64,000 nucleotides of DNA from NCBI GenBank assembly GCA_951406725.2, contig OX597821.1:62682001-62746000 (forward strand), in the 5' to 3' direction. Numbering within the stretch: the stretch's first letter is position 1; each line of letters starts with the position of its first letter. Source of the stretch: Octopus vulgaris. Taxonomy: Eukaryota. Shown here one piece after another: positions 1 to 13,256 of the stretch. A program made the translations under genes and the position numbers. Below the pieces are notes generated by a model, which saw nothing but the letters and a program-made list of their open reading frames with translations, ran no database searches and had not been told where the DNA came from.

Positions 1-430
1 CAAAGGGAGAGACATATATATATGAATGAACATGCATATCTGGCTAAATATTCGTGAATATCTTTGAAACTGGCTACCCTTTTACATGATACCTGTGCTT
101 TTGTCTGTGTCTGTGTCTGTGTGTCCGCACGTGTGCATGACTGCGCATGCATCTGAAAGAGAATGTGTGCGTATATGTACGTACGTGCATATGTCTGTGT
201 AAATTATGCTAATTTTTTTGCGTCATCGCTTGCTACTGAAGTTTCTGCCTACATGTTTCGAGGGCCAATTTGACGCGCAACACTCCCTTCGAACCAGGGG
301 TAGAAAAATATCTATCTTCAGTGTGTATGGCTGCATTATACATCCATAATTCTCTACATTTGTACATACACATACGTTTGTTTTCATCTATCTATCTATC
401 TATCTATACATACATACATACATACATACA

Positions 431-478
<48 letters not shown>

Positions 479-510
479 AATAAATATATATATATATATA
501 TACACACATA

Positions 511-750
511 AAACTTAGAACTTAGATAAAACTTAGGTATGTTTCGACCAATGATTGATCCAGGCCATGTCTAACTTAATAGCACCACCAAATAGGATTA
601 TCTAAATCCTTTTTAAGTCTAGTTTTGTTTATTGTCCATTCAAGTAGTTAGTTGTATCCAGGTATAGATGGCTTATCTGGTATTCCTTGAATAAATCTCT
701 CCAGAATCCGTTTAAAGGTGTCGTTCCCAAATTTCTGGCGGAGTGAATTG
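511..750 (-). mobile_element. 3' end fragment of a CR1/L2-group LINE (ORF2 C-terminus, 3'UTR and short tandem tail)
   Basis: Minus strand translates NSLRQKFGNDTFKRILERFIQGIPDKPSIPGYN*LLEW, resembling the 'NSLP...FK..LD.FL..IPD.P..PGY' ORF2 end of invertebrate CR1-group LINEs. It finishes in a CTAAGTT-type tandem tail next to (TA)n. Confidence 0.65.
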
Positions 751-2582
751 CGTCATAGGGCTGTTTTTTTCTCACACACGGTGCCCAACTTACCCTACTC
801 TACTCTGTAGTCGACAAAATAAAGACTAATAATGCGTATGCGCGAAATTTAAAGTATTAAATGGCGACCCATTGCACTCTGTATATGTATGTATACTATA
901 ATATATGCGTTCAACAACATAAATGTTATACATAAATATTTACTAATATATTTCTGAACGCATACACGTTTCTAAACTCATCGTAGCTGAAATATAATGA
1001 AAATATAAAGAAACCCCAAGTGAGATTGCTGTTAAAGGAAAAACGTGTTACTTGGCCGAATTACATTTCGTATTAATATTTCTTTGTCAGTACGTAAAAA
1101 TGTTTTAAATCATTAGAGTAGCTTCGAGTGAGTTACTGATTGCATCAAGGGACGCAAAACCAAAACAAGATCCTTTATACTAAGTATAGTTATCTTATCG
1201 TGAAAAACCTATTTTTCTTGAGTCAACGTTTAACAATTGTCTTGCAGAAAATATATGAATCTATTTGCTCAGGTGAGATTTGTATCAGTTTAACTTTTGG
1301 AAATAATGGCTGCTAATGTGATGGTTTTCAGTGTAGAATTTTGTCTATAATATTTCCTTTTCCTGCAATATATGGAAATAATTTACTCGTTCAATCTCAC
1401 GGAGATACAAACCGCTTTACACCGCACTAGAGACCGGATAACGAATTTATATATAAAATACGGAAGAGAAAATCTCAGGTATTATGTGTGTACTACTCAT
1501 CGAAACAGCATAATCGACACAATTAAGTTTGTTTTCAACATGCTATTACATCGGTGAACATATCCAGATTATATATTGCTCAATACGTTTGTATATGACA
1601 TATGGGACTAGAGCAAGTTTTTAAAGTGTGATAGAACAGAGTAACAATGTTAAGCTGATCGAAAAGGAAGATATTGAAATTTACCACATGTATGTGTTGC
1701 TATAGATTAGTTTCTGTTAAATGTATAATACACAAACAAAGCAGGCTGTATGGAAATGTGAATAAGACTGTTTTAAATATGAAGAAAACCCTATAAATTA
1801 TTGAACATATTAATTTTTTTAAAATTATAAATACCACTTATGTTTGTAATTTTGTAAAAACCTATTTGAATCAAGTGAACATGTTATGTATGTTATAAGG
1901 AGATTGCACGGTTTCTGATAGAATTAAGTGGTACCTAAAACATTATAAACTAGATAATCTGTTACATTTACTTTGTTCTACTATGTGTAAAATGTAAATT
2001 TTACTATGAAAATAGCTGTACATATTTTTCCTAATAATCAATTTTGAAACCCAAGCGATATTCTCAGATTGATTAATATAATCTTCTTTCCTTCATAAAT
2101 CTCGTCATTTGGGACACTAAAGACGTTACAGTAAAACAATAATATTACAAATGACTTCCATCTTACCAAAAGATGATTTTGAAAAAGAGCCAGTTTTAAA
2201 TTACATAAAAGCAGATTAAATACTCTCGATTGAAGTAATCTCAGTGATTTATATTTCTTTAAGTAGTGTATCATCATGAGAAACAGTGCAGGTGAAATTA
2301 ATCTTTGACAATTTTCAATCTAGAGATTTCTAAATCGTGCCATCTGTAATATGTTAATCGATTGCAATTTACGTGTCTTATACAAGTATCAATAATACTG
2401 AATAAAGCACGATATCATCACTGCTTTCATCTGAAATTGTAAATGTACCGTCGGCATGTCTGACAAAAAAAGTACAACAACTTCCCTCCCTCCATCTTCA
2501 TACAATTAACCATACTATATTTTTACTCTCGCAGTCTCACTTTCATTGTAATCTTGCAAATTACTCTACGTAATAAGTATTT

Positions 2583-2805
2583 ATTTTTTTATTGCCCACA
2601 GGAGGCGAAACATAGGGGGGGACAAACAAGGACAGACAAAGGGATTAAGTCGATTATATCGATCCCAGTGCGTAACTGGTATTTATTTAATCAACGCCGA
2701 AAGGATGAAAGGCAAAATCTACCTCGGTGGCATTTGAACTCAGAACGTAACGGCAGACGAAATAGGGCTACGCATTACGCCCGGCGTGTTAACGTTTCTG
2801 CCAGC
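2583..2805 (-). mobile_element. tRNA-derived SINE, family A
   Basis: Reverse complement has a GCTGGCAGAAACGTTA head, B-box-like GAGTTCAAAT, central GCCTTTCATCCTTTCGG..GAT.AAAT.A.TACCAG and an A-rich tail. It matches several other copies in the window. Confidence 0.85.
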
Positions 2806-3273
2806 CTGACTCTGTATATGACTACGTCATATGAACTACCGTCGTGAATGAAATGCAATTACTGTCCCGGTAGGGCTTATTCTTATAGCAGAAACAAACA
2901 CAAGGCACATTGAGCCCAAACCAAAAATCATCACCCGAATGTCACTTCAATTCTTGATTCTTGAAATTAACACTCCTTCTCATTCAGATCCAGAAGAAAT
3001 GGCTACTAGGCGTTTGTGTGCCCTGTCATGGAACAGAAATATTTTCAGTGTTTGGCAAAATGTATTTTGTACATTATTCTTCATCGCTTTGTTCGTCATT
3101 GTCGTTCAAATTCATTCCACTGATTTGTGGTCGTTGTTCTATGCTATATATGTGCGTATATACGTACACAAACGTACATACACACATACATTTATATATA
3201 TATTTACACATATTTATCCGCATCCATATACCTATGTATTGAATATATACAAGCATACGCATATACGTCAAAT

Positions 3274-3304
<31 letters not shown>

Positions 3305-4475
3305 AATTCAGTATGAACGTAAAAATTAATTATTAGCTACTTATAGAGCATTATCTATGTTTACATTATAATGACATCGATGCTTACAGTAGAAAAACAC
3401 ATTTCTATATAGTATATGCTTAAATCTACTTAAGTTGGCAGTTAAGTAGAAACTATTTAGTGTGAACACATGGCTGTTGTGGTGAAGGCATTTTTGCTAT
3501 CAATCTGGTACATATCTATACCGCCAGCCTCAGCTCCTCTTGATATTCTAAGTATTTCGTTTGGATTATAATTATGAACGATGTTTCTTGTCTAATCTAT
3601 TCTAGATAATATTATTCGCAAGGTTTCGTTCATAATCCTTATATTCATAATCTCAGAAATAAATTCCTATTCCAAAGTCATATATGTATACACTACTTAG
3701 GCAATACGTGAAAATAAAATAATCGGATTTTGTCTCATTTCAGTGTTCCTAATAAGAGCTTCAGTCAACCACCTAATGATACAGGTGTCATTATAATGTC
3801 GCTGATGATATGTGGCGTTTTGTAGTAAAGTAAACAACATTGGAAAATCTACTCTAGACATTTTTTCCATTATTTCTGTAGATATGTTTATTCCGTTACC
3901 TAACATTGCACAAATGCAACACAATATTCTTTATTTTGCAAAAAAAAACAAAAAAAAAAAAACTTCAGGCTACAATTGGGTTTTTACCATGTAACCTATA
4001 CTGCTACTTGGTACTGGCTCCCTTTCTCATTTCCAGACTAATTACATTGCAAACCATCGTAGAAAATACAAACACAAGTTAACGATTCACCTGTTTTGGG
4101 AATGCTTGTAAGCGTTTGGAATACGCTATTTTACATTCCCTCTGGATGCAGTAAATATAACCGCATTTTTATCTATCATCTTGTTCATTGGTCGATCAAT
4201 TTATTATCTACCTGTCATTTTGGATGCCCATGAATTGATTAATATATCAGCCTATTTATCAAATCATTCCACTGCTTGTCTTGCTAACGTTTCATTGCTG
4301 TCTACCTACATAACTACATTTATGCACATTTTTCTATCCTTATTACTGTCATTTTGTTTCTTATCAAAGCATCCATCTGCGTTTCTGTCTCTGTTTAACG
4401 TCTATCTAAGTCTTCATATATTTTAATAGATGTTTTTATTCACACTCGTATCTGTTTAATAATATCTGTCCATCA

Positions 4476-4689
4476 GAAAGCGGTGAGCTGGCAGAAAAGT
4501 TGGCATGCCGACGAAATGTTTAGCGGTAATTGGTCTGTCTTTACGTTTTGAGTTCAAAATCCGTCGAGGTCGACTTTGACTTTCATCCTTTCGGAGTCGA
4601 TAAATTAAGTACCAGTTTTGTACTGCCGTCGATCTAATCGACTAGACCCTTCCTCCAAACTTTCGGGCCTTGTGACAGGATTAGAAAAC
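4476..4689 (+). mobile_element. tRNA-derived SINE, family A, full length with target-site duplication
   Basis: GGTGAGCTGGCAGAA head, GAGTTCAAAATCC B-box and CTTTCATCCTTTCGGAGTCGATAAATTAAGTACCAG core. Flanked by aatatctgtccatca (4461-4475) and aatatctgtcaatca (4690-4704), a 14/15 direct repeat. Confidence 0.9.
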
Positions 4690-4711
4690 AATATCTGTCA
4701 ATCAAGTGTAC

Positions 4712-4742
<31 letters not shown>

Positions 4743-4744
4743 AT

Positions 4745-4993
4745 AAATGCGCCCTTTCAAATCCTAGCCAGGCTCATGGGCACGGTTTCCCGGTTTCTAT
4801 GGCATATGTGTTCCCCGGCTGGATGGGACGACAGTCCATTGCAGCGTTACTCATTTTTGCCAGCTGAGTGGACTGGATCAACGTGAAATGAAGTGGTTTG
4901 CTAAAGAAGACAACGCGTCGCCCGACCAAGGAATGGAAACCACAATCTTGCGATCATGATGCTGACACCCTCACCACTATTCCACGCACCTCC
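4745..4993 (-). mobile_element. tRNA-derived SINE, family B (V-domain-like core)
   Basis: Reverse complement has a GGAGGTGCGTGG..TAGTGGT head and GCAATGGACTGTCGTCCCATCCAG...AGAAACCGGGAAAC, recalling the V-SINE domain. Homologous to 57058-57295. Confidence 0.8.
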
Positions 4994-5011
4994 ACACACA
5001 AACACACACAC

Positions 5012-5077
<66 letters not shown>

Positions 5078-5426
5078 ATATAAACATATATGCATACATC
5101 CATGCATGTATATGCATATATACACATAAATACATGCGTACATTTGTATTAGTATATATAATACATGTAAAATTATATACGAATTTATTTGCATGTTTGT
5201 AGACAATTCTCTCTGTATATGTGTGTATGTCTGAGTTACGCAGAGGTTTTAATAAAATTGCTTTTATAGCTTCTGCATTCGTCTTCAGCAATTTTCTTTT
5301 TTAACTCATTAAAGCTTTTATGTGACGGAGCTTATAAATGTATCCATAGGTGTATATTCAATGCAACCAATAACGTTATCATATTATGCAATTCATCGTG
5401 TCAATATCTTTGCGTATTATTATTTA

Positions 5427-5803
5427 CTAGCAGTTTTGCCCGGCGTTGCTCGGGTTTGTAAGGGAAATAACTATATAAGCATTTTTAGAGAGTTATAGCA
5501 AAAAAATAGCAAAAAAAATGCATTAAAAATGGAAAAAAATAATGGTAATTTTTTTTTTAATCGTTGACTTATCGTAGGCATTTTTAGAGAGTTACTTCCC
5601 TTATATAATAGCGAAAAAATGAATTAAAATGGAAAAAAATATGGTAAATTTTTTTTTAAATCGTAGACTCATCGTAGATGCGCGCGCTAATACCCAGAAG
5701 GGCTCGATATGCATCTCGACAATAAGATACCCGGTTTTGGTTAAACTGCACCGCAAAATGTGGGAGTAGTTAGGAATCTAAATCGTAGTTAGGAATCTAA
5801 ATA
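5427..5803 (-). mobile_element. Non-autonomous Helitron (3' end intact, 5' end unclear) with internal duplication
   Basis: Minus-strand 3' end CCCGAGCAACGCCGGG hairpin followed by CTAG|T. About the first 110 nt on + are near-identical to 21822-21935. Confidence 0.8.
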
Positions 5804-7382
5804 TTATTGCTACTTATATATATGTATAAACTTTTATACTGACATCAGTGTACATACATACATTTTCATGCTGAAAAATATAGGCGTATAAATCGCTAAC
5901 AAGTTGAATAACACAAGAATATGTAAGCAAAGCCAGGAAGAAAACATAGTTTTGCAAACAAAGAATAAAATCAGTGAGAAAAGATTTCGACTGATATTTT
6001 CCATATCAACGAGAAAAAAACACTAACGCAAATATTAAATATCATGTGGAGAATGCTTTCATTATTCATTGCTAAATCATATTCCAGTCGCAAGATTGGC
6101 TTTCTTTTCCTTCATATCTGTAAACTATAAAGTCTACCCATTTAGCCATCGTCTTGCTACCGTAGTATATATGAACTTCTCAATAACTACTTCACTGGCT
6201 TTAGCGACAAATTTTTCTTCGAATGGTGTTTCATATTTACTAAAGCATTAGTAACTCGTACAATTTCTATTGCTTACAATCACCCTGGAATATCATTTCT
6301 TATTATTCCCCCTGCTTTACCAAATTTTATCATTCTTCTTTCCAGTTTTTTTTTTAATTATAAGGAATACTATATTATTCTTATTAGTAGCAATGATTAA
6401 TTTACTGCAATTTGTTGCAAGAAGCCAGTAACAAGAGCGAATGCACTGTGGGCGTCACCTGATTGCAAGAAGCCTGCTCCTTGTCTTGGAGGGCAGCCCA
6501 AGGGCTTCACAGATATGTATTCAGATATGTTCACTAAGGACTTGTAGTAAGGATTAAAACTATTAGTTTTTATTATTGTTCTTGTTGGCATTGGTAATGA
6601 TGGTGGCGGCGGTGGTTGTCCTTGTGGTTGTCATGGTGGTGGTTTTGATGATGGTAGAATTTTCATTAGCATTTGTTGACAAATGCATAAGTTAAATATT
6701 TACAGCATAATGGTCATTATAGATATTAACGGCATTGCAATTTTTAAAATATACCCGTTCTGTTTTGTTCAATATTGTCATTAGATAGAAACTGTTACTT
6801 TAAATATTTCACGAAATCTGTAGCGGGTTATATAAAACCAACAAGAGTTTATATTAACGACGTTGAAATAGAATGGCACACACGTAATATTTATGAAATT
6901 AAGATAAGTTGCAGATTTAGTTGTCATTGCAAACTGAAACGCCCTGAGGATCAGAATTAATTTTGTCAATAGCATACAGTTTAGTAAATTATACTCAGTA
7001 AAAACAGCTGAGATTTTTTATCAGTCAAATTAAAGTCGTGATATGTTGTTAATTATACAAACTGTATTAAGACAGCGTGGTTTATAATACTGTAAACAAG
7101 AACAAATCAAAGGTATACAGAAGGATACAAGATACAACGATAGAAAGAAACAATTTGAAATTCCAAACCTGAAGGTTTTACATGTATTTTAATCTGCTAG
7201 AATATTCGAAATTTCAAACTGTGTTATTTTTATTTTATTGGCAAGAACCAGTGCATTCGTGCTGTTAATGATTCACTATTAACGTGTAGCTTTATTCATA
7301 GTAAATTTAATAAAAATCGCAAACATCAAGTACAACGATAGGTTGTACGTCAGTAAACGTACACACAATATCTGTGTGTGTT

Positions 7383-7425
<43 letters not shown>

Positions 7426-7428
<3 letters not shown>

Positions 7429-7522
7429 CTTTTATTCTTTTACTTGCTTCTGTCGTTTGTCTGCGGCCATGCTGGAGCACGGCGTTTAGTCAAGCAATTC
7501 GACTCCAGGACTTACTCTTTGT
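7426..7522 (-). mobile_element. SINE family D, 3' fragment
   Basis: Reverse complement AAGTCCTGGAGTCGAATTGCTTGACTAAACGCCGTGCTCCAGCATGGCCGCAG matches the 3' ends at 38184-38352 and 58500-58610. Confidence 0.75.
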
Positions 7523-7650
7523 TCCTGGCACCTAGGACAGAGAAACTCACGTTATACCTATATAAGCCATTAATAGACACCATATTGATAATTTACTAGG
7601 TAATGTGATAGAGAAAAGTGAGAAGAAAGACAGAGAGAAAATTATTATTA

Positions 7651-7699
<49 letters not shown>

Positions 7700-8829
7700 C
7701 ATTATTAAATGTAAGAGAGTAGTTTTGTGATAATATGTTTATAATTTTACATGTAACTACCTCTGCATATTTCAATATTCGGAATAACCACTTGCTTTAT
7801 TGCGCGCATTCAAAAAGTCAAACATATATGGAGCGTTTTTAAGAAAACGTTCATCGTACATTGAATGAGTTGCAGCCACTTTTTTTCTTCGATCGTATGC
7901 GTAAGGAAGAAATCCATAATAATGCTTTAACTCGAAACGAAATCATAAGATGCAAAATACACGAAATATTTAGTTCATCAATCTCTTTCTAATATGGGGC
8001 CATTATCCACTAAACTGAAAAAAATATTCGAGAGATACGATAACTTTTCGAAGAAAGTGAAATTGCTGTCATTGGATCGATATACTTTACCATAATTATG
8101 AAGATGTTTTTACACATAAAGTATGATGTATTCCTTCTAGTATATTTTCTGATAATTTAATCTGAGCCTGTAACCCGAGGCAAATCGTGCATGTCATATA
8201 CATTGAGGCACACGAAGGCAATTTTCCGTCCACATTTTTCCATGTGATTTATGATTGCAGCTTTCATAAGCCGATATATTACATACAGTGTAATAAACTG
8301 AAAATTATCACTCTATTACGCTATTACGTTAACGTGACAAAACTGATGTGCCAGAAATGGAAAAGATATGTGTTTACAGAAATTCACTCAAGGCGCTGGC
8401 TTCCAATTCATGAAAATACTGATTTAGAAAATTTGATTTCTCACACTTCTGATACTCAGCTTAATAAATAAAAAATACATCATGTACCGAGAGGCAAATT
8501 TCTACCAATTCACAGGAAATGCACGTTCTTACTTTTTGTACACACACACACACACACACACATCCACACACACACAAACACACACACACACACACAAACA
8601 TACACGCAAATCCACACACACACACTCAAACACTTACATACACATTCTCTCTCTCACGCACACATGCTTGCACATTTTTCCGATGCTGTAGATGCGTTAG
8701 TGTGAGTGTATGTTTGTGTGTGTGTGTTTGTCTATACTATGCATGCATGTATGAGTATGAGTGGATGTGAGCATGTATATACATATCTCTCTAACTGCAG
8801 ATCCCGTACCTAGCAAAGAATTGTTTGCT

Positions 8830-9230
8830 CAGTAACACACGGCGTGGCTTCTGTCGAGAAATGAGGCACCCTATGTTATTACTAGGTACTGAACAACAGA
8901 TTAAAAATTTATGTACGAATACATCTTGACTTTACTGAGGATTAGACAAAGTTGATAACGAGTATATATGTAACAAACAGCCTGACCTAGGTATCACAGG
9001 AAAACTAGGAGATGGCTGGATGATTTCATATAAGATAGGGGTCGTCAGATAGTCGCAGCCAATATTCGTCACCCGCTAGAAACATCGGTACTGACCATAT
9101 TATCCGAGGGAACCCTAAAGGAACACTGCTGTTTATGGTGCATCTCTGATTGCTCTTAATCGTAGACTGACATATCTGGTGGTGATATAAAAGTATATGT
9201 GTATTGTGGACGTGGTACATGTAAAGTATT
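8830..9230 (+). mobile_element. Degraded CR1-group LINE reverse-transcriptase fragment
   Basis: Frameshifted translation gives HLDF..DKVD..DLGITGKLG..W..DF..DR..Q.VAAN..PKGT, matching the 'LDF.KAFDKVDH...GI.GKL..W...FL..R.Q.V...GVPQG' RT segment. Confidence 0.65.
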
Positions 9231-9267
9231 AGCAGACGGTCAGGGAAAGAAAGAAAGATGACTTAAT

Positions 9268-9352
<85 letters not shown>

Positions 9353-9437
9353 ATATAAGCATACATATATATGTACATATGCGTAACCTAAGTTCAAGCA
9401 GGTAATATTTCTTACATTAACCTTTTTTACAAAGGAG

Positions 9438-9611
9438 GTTTAGCGGTATTTCGTCCACCTTTACGTTCTGAGTTCTAATTCCGCCAAGTTTGACTTTGCA
9501 TTTCATCTTCCTTGGATCACCAAAATGAGTACCAGTTGAACTTTAGTGTTCCCAAAATAGACTACCTTCTCCCTCAAAATTTCAGGCTTTGTGCCTTTGC
9601 TTGAAAGAATT
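9438..9611 (+). mobile_element. SINE family A, 5'-truncated
   Basis: TTTACGTTCTGAGTTCTAATTCCGCCAAGTTTGACTTTGCATTTCATC..AAAATGAGTACCAG, homologous to 4476-4689. Confidence 0.8.
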
Positions 9612-10418
9612 GTAATCTTTTAACATTTGCGTACTTATCTGAAGCTTACTTATATAAAGCAGAATTCTAATACCTACTTGTTTCATTACATATACATACA
9701 TACATATATACATATACATATAAATATTCGTATACGTAGACTATTTAAAATATGCAGACATGTATATAAACACATACACACACAAACACACACATATATA
9801 TAGTTATATAATATATTTTTACTTATGAATGTGTGTATATGCAAGTGAGTAACTTTTTGCATGCGTATGCAGTTATATGCTGTTGTGGAAGTATGTATTA
9901 GTGTTAGGTTTTGCGTTTACCTGTCAGAGAACCATTTTATGCGTATACCTACATGTGAACGCGTATATATATATCTAAATGTATATCGGACATTAAAATA
10001 TTCAATTGCACGTTTTACTGCTTAACAAAATTGTCCCAGAGTGATAACAGTAGAGACGACATCCGTTGATTCAATAATATAGTAATCTTACATCCGGTTT
10101 AGACGCCAAATGTTAATGCGTCGCAAGGAATACTGTAAGTTTTCTAAATTACTCCATTATCTGAGATGTATCTTCTCTTCAAGGTCAGATGATTATCAAG
10201 CTGCTACAGATGCTATTGTGTCACTGTTGCTAATTCCGGTGCTAGCATTTTGTGGGTAGATAACAGAACTTTTCCTAACCTCACGTGACATGGTTGCATT
10301 CTTTTACATCCTCACTTCGAATAACGAGTTGCCATTAATGTTGTTTCCTTCCATGTTTATTCGTTGGATAAATATAAGCTTTCATGTCAATGACATCCTG
10401 TATAGTAAGGCTCGCATC

Positions 10419-11432
<1,014 letters not shown>

Positions 11433-12113
11433 ATAGCATTCTTATTGGTGGTCTTCCCATCACTAAACATTTTCCTGCACATTTTCAAACGTGTTTACAA
11501 TGAATTACTAATGTCTGGCAAATAATTCAAATGATCATGAAAATATGGCCTCAGGTGAATGTCATCGTTACAACATATCATTCAGAATAGTGAAGTCAAC
11601 ACTTTAACAAAATAGATTAATAGTAGTTATTGGTTGTTTTCCCATCACGAAACGTCGTAAAAATGTTTGGAAAATATTTCTAATGATCGTATCATTTTTC
11701 TTCACGTTAGCATGATAATCATCGTTACTATAAATTTCTTAATTGTCAACGTCATCACCTAAAGCTTAATCATTCCTATCATCAATGTCACTTATCAAAT
11801 ATTTTCACCGAAAATATAGTCATCTTCGTAAATATATATCATTCAATATCGCCTAATCTACAACATTTTTTTTTATTATTCCTCTCCTCACTGTTATGTA
11901 TTTTTCAGTAATTTAAATTTTCATAAGTATTTTAAGAAGTGAGTTCCAACTAACAATTTAACTAAAATATTATTCAGAAAAGATTTTAAAAGACATAGGT
12001 GAACCAGTACTAAATGAATATATGTATACATGCGAGTTTGGATACACACACACGCGCACTCACACACATACATATACACATACACACACACGCACACACA
12101 CACACACACACAT

Positions 12114-12175
<62 letters not shown>

Positions 12176-12688
12176 AAAAAAGCAACAGAATATTCAGACG
12201 TGATGTAGTACGACCGTTTCAAGCGGAACCATTTAATTGAACTATGCAATCATTACATCAATTTAAATACAGAGCTATCTTCAGGTGCATAAATAATTAG
12301 AATTAATTTATACTGTCGTACACATTTGTGTAACTTTACTTAAATCCTCTAAGATTTTACTTAATTTTACTTACATCCTCTAAGAGGGTAACAAGACATA
12401 ATTCAAGCTGTTTTCACTTCAGCTTAGAAGCTACTAAGACATCAGGAAAAAAGAAACTTGTTAAGGTTGTAGCTTGTCTCTGATATTTTGGGTCAGTTTT
12501 GATTTATAGTCATAGTTTATCAAATCTTTGTATATCAAAATCTAAGACAATAGAGCAGTGCCTGTTAGGAAAGGGCATCGTATCCTGTTGCTTGCTTTGA
12601 TTTTATTCACCGTTTTTTGAAATTGTACAGATAATACCACACTAATTTTTGCTGCCTCAACTTAAGTACCATATCCATCTGAATTTTA

Positions 12689-12726
<38 letters not shown>

Positions 12727-13083
12727 TATATTCATATATGTATTTTTGCACACACAGTAATACATAGTAATGTTTGTGCACTATAATATGTACACTTTTA
12801 CATATTTTACATTAAACTGATGGATTACCTAAATGGTTTTTCTAGTTCAATGAAGCAAAATAGATCAAAGTTACTGTACACTTCTTTGAGCAGCGAGTAA
12901 AATGCATACTACTTCATTCTACGTTCTACGAAGTAAATTCAAGTTCTTCCAAGCTTAAATTAGATTTTCCTCCGACAGTGACGGATAATGAAAGCAGCGG
13001 ACAACGATATAATTTCTTACTCTCTTATACTTGTACCTTATTGGCGAACCTATACGCTACCAGTTATAACAATGAACCATACT

Positions 13084-13256
13084 GCGGTATTTCGTCTATT
13101 TTTACGTTCTGATTTCAAATTCCTCCAACGTCGGCTTTACCTGTCATCCTTTCGAGGTCGATCAATTAAGTACCAGTTGCTTATTGGATTCGGTCTAATC
13201 GACTGGCTCCCTCCCCCAAAGATTTCGAGCCATGTGCCTAGAATACAAAAAGATAA
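13084..13256 (+). mobile_element. SINE family A, 5'-truncated
   Basis: TCATCCTTTCGAGGTCGATCAATTAAGTACCAG core and GTCTAATCGACTGG..CCCCCAAAGATTTC 3' part. Confidence 0.8.
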
